From NCBI GenBank assembly GCA_964016885.1, contig OZ024743.1, positions 302,250,001 to 302,314,000 of the forward strand: a stretch of DNA of 64,000 nt, read 5' to 3'. Below, one piece after another: positions 57,060 through 64,000 of this stretch. Within the stretch, counting starts at the first letter, position 1. Every line of letters starts with the position of its first letter. The notes below the pieces were generated by a model. It did not search any database and was not told the DNA's origin. It worked only from the letters and a program-made list of their open reading frames with translations. A program made the translations under genes and the position numbers. The stretch is from Eledone cirrhosa. Taxonomy: Eukaryota.

Positions 57060-57722
57060 AAACTATATAACTTCACTAAATTAACAATATTCTGAAAACA
57101 TTTTCAATGCTGGAACAAAATATTTGAATCTACAAATTATTCTCCTCTTACAACTTGAACTACGTGTTTCTTTTTATGTAAAATTCAAAATCAAAACCTT
57201 CGTAACTCATATTAGAAATGTAAACAACTAATAATTGTAACTATTTCTATTTCTATAATACTTATACATGCACAATTATTAATCTATATAGATATTTATA
57301 TACTTACAAACTATTATAATGTAATAAGATAAAATCTACTTACAACCATAATTCTTCAGATAATCTAATAGTTTATATATATACAATATTATAACTAATA
57401 AGATAGCTAAAGAAATTTAAATTCTGAAATCATATTCCACCATTCCCGCGGATTGTTAATTCCTTTTAAATTAACGTAAATACTAGCTCTTCTTTCTTGC
57501 TTTCTTCTTCCTACTCATACATATATATATCCTAATTATTTAAATTCGGCATAGCGTCTAAAATAACGTTTATTCAGCCCTATACCTCAACCTCATTTGC
57601 ATATTCATCTTAATAATTTGAAATACCTGACTTTTCTTCTATTTTCCTTCACTATCCAAGAAAAACTTGAACTGTTAAGGTATATTTTCTTGGTTATGTC
57701 AGCATTTATGAAACAAACTTTG

Positions 57723-57783
57723 TATTTTATCTGATGAAAGCTTACCAAAGGTTTGGTTCCCTTGAAATATATTTAAAAGAATA
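57723..57783 (+). ncRNA. Type I hammerhead, family D (inverted copy, partly decayed)
   Basis: tattttat-CTGATGA-aagcttaccaaa(gg)tttggttccctt-GAAA-tatatt-TA-aaagaata. Confidence 0.62.
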
Positions 57784-57923
57784 AATTTCTTTTTATAAAT
57801 ATAGTTTCCATTTAATTAATATCATTGAATATTATACTCCAGAAAACTGTCGAGTGCTCTGAATCAGTTATAAACATTTATATTTGTTGAATCACCAACA
57901 GATTGAACATCCCTTTGATTATG

Positions 57924-57982
<59 letters not shown>

Positions 57983-58752
57983 GTACACACACATCTGCTC
58001 ACACACATGCACACGCATATATATAACTCTTTAGAACTAGAAATAATTTACCATGTTACTCATTCGGAATCATTCGTGGGATATAGCAGGCAAGAGAACC
58101 TACAGAAACGCTTACATGCAATACCTTGCATATATGTCAATGCCTACTCAACCGCCACAATGATTACGGCGAATTTGCTACTAGAGAGAATAGCCATTGG
58201 AGTCGAGACCCGTGTGCTTCACTTTGAGCCAGAATCCAAAATGTAACGTTTGGAGAAGAAATAACCGGGATCGCCACCGGACAATGGTTTAAAGTCACAA
58301 TCTACCGCAGAAAAAGTGATTCTAACCGTTTTAAAGGAATGGAATGGGACAATTGTGCAAATTTCCCAGAAAATCGGTCTACAATCACCAGTTTAGGCTA
58401 TATATATATATGTATATATGTATTCAATACCTGTATCTAGATGCGTGTCAACTATAACATCATCTTCTCTTTCAACTCATATTATATCCGTATTTGTGGT
58501 CACATATACACAAATATACTTGCCCTCATATATGTACTTACGCACACATTTTCACCATACACATGCATTTGTACATACACACATATGTACATTTGTGAGT
58601 GTATATACATACATATATATATACCTAACTATATTTCCTTATATTTTTTGTATATTTTTCCATATTTTTTTTATATATCTCTTGCATTACTTTTATTTAT
58701 ATATATTTTGCATTTCTTGATGATACTTTCCAAATATTTCACTATGTTTTAT

Positions 58753-58830
58753 ATTACCTTGTCCGACGAACGAATGAGGACGTTTTTTTCCTATTCGCCT
58801 TATTCGGGAAACCTCTGGTAATGAGGTAAT
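58753..58830 (+). ncRNA. Variant hammerhead motif (CCGACGA core), well paired
   Basis: attaccttgt-CCGACGA-a-cgaatgagg(18 nt)ccttattcg-g-GAAA-cc(tct)gg-TA-atgaggtaat: 10-bp stem I, 9-bp stem II. Confidence 0.7.
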
Positions 58831-58852
58831 TATATTGTATTGTTTATTATAC

Positions 58853-58906
<54 letters not shown>

Positions 58907-59045
58907 TATTCATTTTTTCCCGTTCATCGTTTTCGGTACCCCGGTCGATTAACTCACTCGATATGCAAATTAGGCTGCTCAGACGTCAATATGCATAAGG
59001 AAAGTATATACTTTCAGACGTTGAATCATCTGGCAGGAAAGTATA

Positions 59046-59086
59046 CGTTGCTGACGATAGCTAATGAGCTTGAAACTAGTACAGTG
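59046..59086 (+). ncRNA. Minimal type I hammerhead, family R1
   Basis: cgttg-CTGACGA-tagct(aatg)agctt-GAAA-ctag-TA-cagtg. Confidence 0.78.
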
Positions 59087-59474
59087 TTCCTTTGTCAGTG
59101 TTGAACAAATGAGCAACGATGGATGCTAGAAACTGTACGGATAAATTCGGCATGTTTGTTTAGAAACATACCGAACATTATAATACATTTTCGGTGAATC
59201 CATACGTACATATATATATGTGTGCATGTATGTATATATATATAAATACTACTGTACGTCTGTATACATATATGCATGTACGTACACATACATATATTTA
59301 AGTAACAGCCTTACTAAGAGTGAGAAATGAAATTTCGTTTCATTTTTTTCGTTTATCGTTTTCGGTACCCCGGCCGATTAACTCACTCGATATGCAAATT
59401 AGGCTGCTCAGCCGTTAATATGCATAAGGAAAGTATATACTTTCAGACGTTCAACCATCTGGCAGGAAGGTATA

Positions 59475-59515
59475 CGTTGCTGACGATAGCTAATAAGCTT
59501 GAAACTATTACAGCG
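59475..59515 (+). ncRNA. Minimal type I hammerhead, family R1
   Basis: cgttg-CTGACGA-tagct(aata)agctt-GAAA-ctat-TA-cagcg. Confidence 0.75.
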
Positions 59516-59634
59516 TTCCTTTGTCAGTGTTGAACAAATGTGCAATGATGATTGCGAGACACTGTACGGCTTAATTCGGGATGTTTGTTTACAAACACAC
59601 CGAGCATTATAATAAATGTTCGGTGAATCCATAC

Positions 59635-59685
<51 letters not shown>

Positions 59686-59771
59686 CATGTATGTATACAT
59701 ACTACTGTAACTCTGTATACATATATGATTGTACGTATACATACTTATATATATATATATATATATATATA

Positions 59772-60292
59772 TTTCGTTTCTGAATTTGTTTAGCAAGATT
59801 CTTTATCTGAAATCGTGTGTTGAAACCGATATTGTTATACTTTGGGAGGGTCATGTTGCCAATAAGAAACACACGCACCAGTTGCTTTCACTTCAATTTA
59901 ATTTAATATATATTTATAAATTTACAATAGAAATAGAAATAGAAATAGAAAAAGAGAGAAAAATAGAAAAATGAACACAAACACACACAGACACCCGGAT
60001 GTGGCGCATGCGCAAACTGAGCACGCAACCCACACACAAACAAAATGGCGTAGGATAGAAGAAAGGAAAGGCACAGAAACGAAGAAAGAAATCCCCAGTC
60101 ACTGAAGAGGTCACAGAGTGTGTGACGAAAGAACTATGACTATATATATATAAACAACTATCTGGTTGTGGAACCAACCAACCAACCAGAAATTTATAAA
60201 TTTGTAAATTTATAAATATATATTAAATTAAATTGAAGTGAAAGCAACTGGTGCGTGTGTTTCTTATTGGCAACATGACCCTCCCAAAGTAT

Positions 60293-60298
<6 letters not shown>
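59772..60298 (+). mobile_element. Short PLE family A insertion: inverted terminus plus pLTR with hammerhead at 60097-60141
   Basis: 59928-60298 matches 5940-6290, and 59831-59927 is the reverse complement of 60202-60298. The HHR is identical to 6089-6133. Confidence 0.9.
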
Positions 60299-60380
<82 letters not shown>

Positions 60381-62084
60381 CTTACGTTGTCTAATATGAT
60401 TCTTTCATTCAACGCCTGGTTGAGGATTTAAAATTATAGGAATGCAAACCCTACGAATTAAATCAAGCTTTGAAATTCAAACTCTCCAATACTTCAACAT
60501 TTCTTTTGAGAACATTATGATATATTTCATCTTTTATTTACTCTTCAACTTTAACTGAAATATGACTATCAGTAACTGATTTTCAATTCCTATATCATCA
60601 CCTCGATATTATGTAACATACAGCAGCGATCGTTTGATATCAACGGTTTTTCATGTCTCGATCAATAAGCAGTCTGCTTTTATATTTCTTCCTGAGATGC
60701 GCAAGTGCATATAAGCTAAAAATAATGTACCTATGTTTATTAATAGTGGCAAATTAATCTCGATATATCTATACAAGTAACTGGGCGTGAAATTATAAAT
60801 ATATTCATCGAGTAAGCATTAAATGATTACATTACTTGATATTTCGGGGATACTTAGTATCGGATAGGGAAATAACTATAGTCAATGCCAAATGAAAACC
60901 GGGAAATGTCATGGAGTATGTAGGGTTGAAGGGAACATTCTAATACAGCAAAACATGTGATTTTCACTAGTAGGTTTTCTCGATAATAATAGACATGCAA
61001 TTGAGATCTGTAGTTTGAATGTCCTTGAGAATAATAGTAGGAAACCACAAAATAGACAAAATATCTGTAAATGTGATGAGTGAATACCTATAAACGTACG
61101 CTGAACTATATTGAACGTGCTAATTTGCCTAACCATGAAGAGGGTGAAAATAGCTTCGTAAATTATATTCTAAGGAGTGAAGAATTAATCAATGATGCTT
61201 CGTACGTTCGTTCAACAGATGTTTGGTCACAAGATATTATATAACATATTATATAACAATATATCGGATTTAGAGAGCGTTTGAAGATGATTCCTGGAGA
61301 TCTTGTAACGAATCTTTAATAGAGTTCATAGGGTGGCTGATTACATCATATTGCGATAAATCGATATGCTAGATTTATTTAGCAATCTAAAATATGCAAT
61401 GCATTGAGAAAGAATATATCGAATAGCATCAGTTTCAATATGGATTTTATGTTAGTAGTGGATGTCTGACGTAATATTGTATATCAGCTCTCCTGTTTGA
61501 TAATATTTGCCGCAAATACGAATAGAAGTGGATGAGAAATAATTAATTGATGGTAAGAACATCAAATATGCAAATAATAAGAATTCTTTTCGCAAGAAAA
61601 AACAACATATAAAATGCGAAAAAATGTTATATTAATCGATCCACCATTGCTTTTGGTGACGGGAATTTAGACTTTCAAATGAATTAAACGAACTCATTTC
61701 ATTTGCATCACGAACACAAGGCAATAACCCTCAGGCAACATCTGTAAAGGCTGAGTGAATGAATTAAGGGTACAGTCAATACAGAATTAAGGGTACAGGC
61801 TATGCTAAACATTTTTCAGTCTGATCGTTACACCCGATTTGATTCCAAGACTTACTTCGAAACTTCTCTGCCATGCCAGCAGGCGAGATAAGTGATATAA
61901 AAGTTTGATAGAATACATAAATTTGTACTCGTAAATATCAACTTGACATTAAAATATGAGAGGTGGCAAAAGGTAAATTTGTCACTGGAAGTGTAAAGTA
62001 GAGGGATTCAGTTAAATAGAATAATCTTTGAATATTCATGGTAACTGGGTTAATTCTAATACATACAACTGCAAGGAAATATAC

Positions 62085-62612
62085 CGTATGTTACATAATA
62101 TTGCCAAATATACTATACATACATTCATGTATACATCGCTATTTCAGAGCACCTAATATTTGCTGGAATGGCTCTGTATAATCATCTCCTCAGTATTACT
62201 GGAATTCTAGGGGTGGTGGATTGGCGGTATCAGTAGATGATCGGATGGCATGGTTTGACGCATAGAGTTACGGCCCTTGCCATCCTGAGTTCAAATCCCG
62301 CCGAGGTTAACTTTGCTTTCATCCTTACAGGGTCGATGAACTAATGTACCAGTAATGCACTGGTGAAAAAGTAGAAACAATTATTACTGGAATACTATAA
62401 AAATCCAGCTTCTATAATTTTCGGCGAAAGCAGGGTAGTACGTGGTTCTCATAATCGCCAACCAGCGTGAAACAGGCAGATATCTTCTCTCCCTTCTTTC
62501 ACCGAAAAGAAGTAAGTGACATAGTCACTACTTTAAAACAGACAGCGTATGGTGTTCTAAATGTTTTTAATTAAACATACGGTATATTGCCAAATATACT
62601 ATACAAACATTC
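62085..62612 (+). mobile_element. Family R2 repeat, slightly over one unit, interrupted by a SINE; HHR core decayed
   Basis: ttgccaaatatactataca occurs at 62101 and 62587. The core reads CTCATAA-tcgc(caacca)gcgt-GAAA at ~62448-62472. Confidence 0.75.
62210..62381 (+). mobile_element. tRNA-derived SINE with 16-bp target-site duplication
   Basis: TSD tattactggaattcta (62194-62209) and tattactggaatacta (62382-62397). B box gagttcaaatc. Confidence 0.88.
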
Positions 62613-62714
62613 TTAAATGTATATATATATATATACACTCATTCACACGCACACATATGTATGTATATAGATATATATATATATATATATATATAAATAC
62701 ATATATAACGAACG

Positions 62715-63045
62715 AAATGGGGTAAGGAACCAGGTGGACCATAACGCACCAAAGTACTCAATACTTAGGGTAGTAGAGTGGGTAATAGGAACGAGTAGTA
62801 CCCCGACGGCTGAGCTCAGGCCAATGGGGTCCTACTCGTTCCTATATATATATATATATATATATATGTCATTACTTCTGGCAATAGTATTACAACAATA
62901 TAACTCTCCCCAAGTACAACAATATATATATATATATATATATAGGAACGAGTAGGACCCCTACTCGTTCCTATTAGCCACTCTACTACCCTAAGTATTG
63001 AGCAATTTGGTGCGTTTTGGTCCATCTGGTTCCTTACCACATTTC
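62715..63045. mobile_element. MITE-like element with nested hairpins
   Basis: ~85-bp TIRs gaaatggggtaaggaaccag...taggaacgagtag and ctactcgttccta...ctggttccttaccacatttc. Confidence 0.82.
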
Positions 63046-63120
63046 CTTTATTTTATATATATATAGATATATATATATATATAAATATATATATATAAAT
63101 ATATATATATATACAATATA

Positions 63121-63562
63121 CAAATGGAAACTATATTTATAAAACCATATTTATTTTATTATACATATTTCAAGGGCCACCAAGGCAAATTAAGGTGCGC
63201 TTTCATTAGATAAAATACAATACTGATTAGTTTTATGAACAAATATTGACATACCATGAAAAAAGACAACCTTAACGGTTGTATCCTCCGTTAAGTTTGT
63301 CTTATTTCAGGGTATGTCAATATTTGTTTATAAAACTAATCAGTATTGTATTTTATCTGATGAAAGCGCACCATAATTTGCATTGGTGGCCCTTGAAATA
63401 TATATAATAAAATAAATATGGTTTTATAAATATAGTTTCCATTTGTTAATATATTGTTTATTTACTCTAAACTGTTATTTACACTAAATTGTTGAGTGTT
63501 TTATATCAGTTATAAACATGTTTAAGCCTGTTGAATCCCAACAAATTAAATACACCCTCTGC
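63121..63562. mobile_element. Fold-back PLE terminus (family D-like) with hammerheads in both arms
   Basis: 63121-63278 pairs with 63288-63445. The plus HHR at 63349-63414 is tattttat-CTGATGA...GAAA-tatata-TA-ataaaata, and the mirror copy has CTAATGA. Tail at 63446-63562. Confidence 0.85.
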
Positions 63563-63565
63563 ATA

Positions 63566-63638
<73 letters not shown>

Positions 63639-63765
63639 GGTAAAGTATTTCGGCTCTGTAATATAATTAACCTATCTTGAGCCATTCTCATATTTATAAT
63701 TGGATACTATTTAATATTACCCACATTATATATAAAAATATGTGTGTGTGTGTGTGTACATACCT

Positions 63766-63829
<64 letters not shown>

Positions 63830-64000
63830 ATGTGTGTGTGTCTGTGTGTGCGTGTGTGTGTGTATTCTATGTATGTATATATGTATGTATATATGTATAA
63901 TATGAGTGCATGTACCTTTGCAGGCGGGGCAAAGCACTCAATGCTGTTACATGTCTGAATACAAACATATAAATACACGTTAACAAACGCACACAGTATG

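Larger units (their letters stand above)
54073..57920 (-). mobile_element. Degenerate 5'-truncated Penelope-like element (family D) with inverted pLTR
   Basis: Arms 54073-54838 and 57060-57829 are diverged reverse complements, with RT and GIY-YIG remnants between them and a tail at 57830-57920. Confidence 0.9.
58908..59750 (+). mobile_element. Retrozyme-like tandem dimer (family R1), 429-bp period
   Basis: Two head-to-tail units with HHR cores at 59051 and 59480, flanked by (TA)n. Confidence 0.85.

Overview
AT-rich eukaryotic genomic DNA with long (TA)n/(CA)n/(GA)n microsatellites. The tRNA-derived SINE family suggests an octopod cephalopod (inference). I can support no host protein-coding gene; most listed ORFs are microsatellite artefacts. 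The window is dominated by retroelements: four Penelope-like elements (PLEs) with RT and/or C-terminal GIY-YIG coding sequence (3.5-6.3, 32.7-36.4, 38.7-41.9, 54.1-57.9 kb), solo or fold-back PLE termini, a near full-length decayed Tx1/L1-clade LINE (12.7-18.0 kb), RTE, R4 and mariner relics, seven SINE copies and several fold-back elements. The main signal outside the ORF track is a dense set of minimal type I hammerhead ribozyme (HHR) motifs: about 20 copies, intact or decayed, from about 8 sequence families. Two families are non-coding ~430-nt and ~300-nt tandem or permuted repeats with one HHR per unit (retrozyme-like, candidate circRNA producers). Two unrelated motifs share a non-canonical CCGANGA-A...G-GAAA core. 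A candidate recursive splice site lies on the minus strand near 485. All folds were read by eye and none is computationally or experimentally confirmed.
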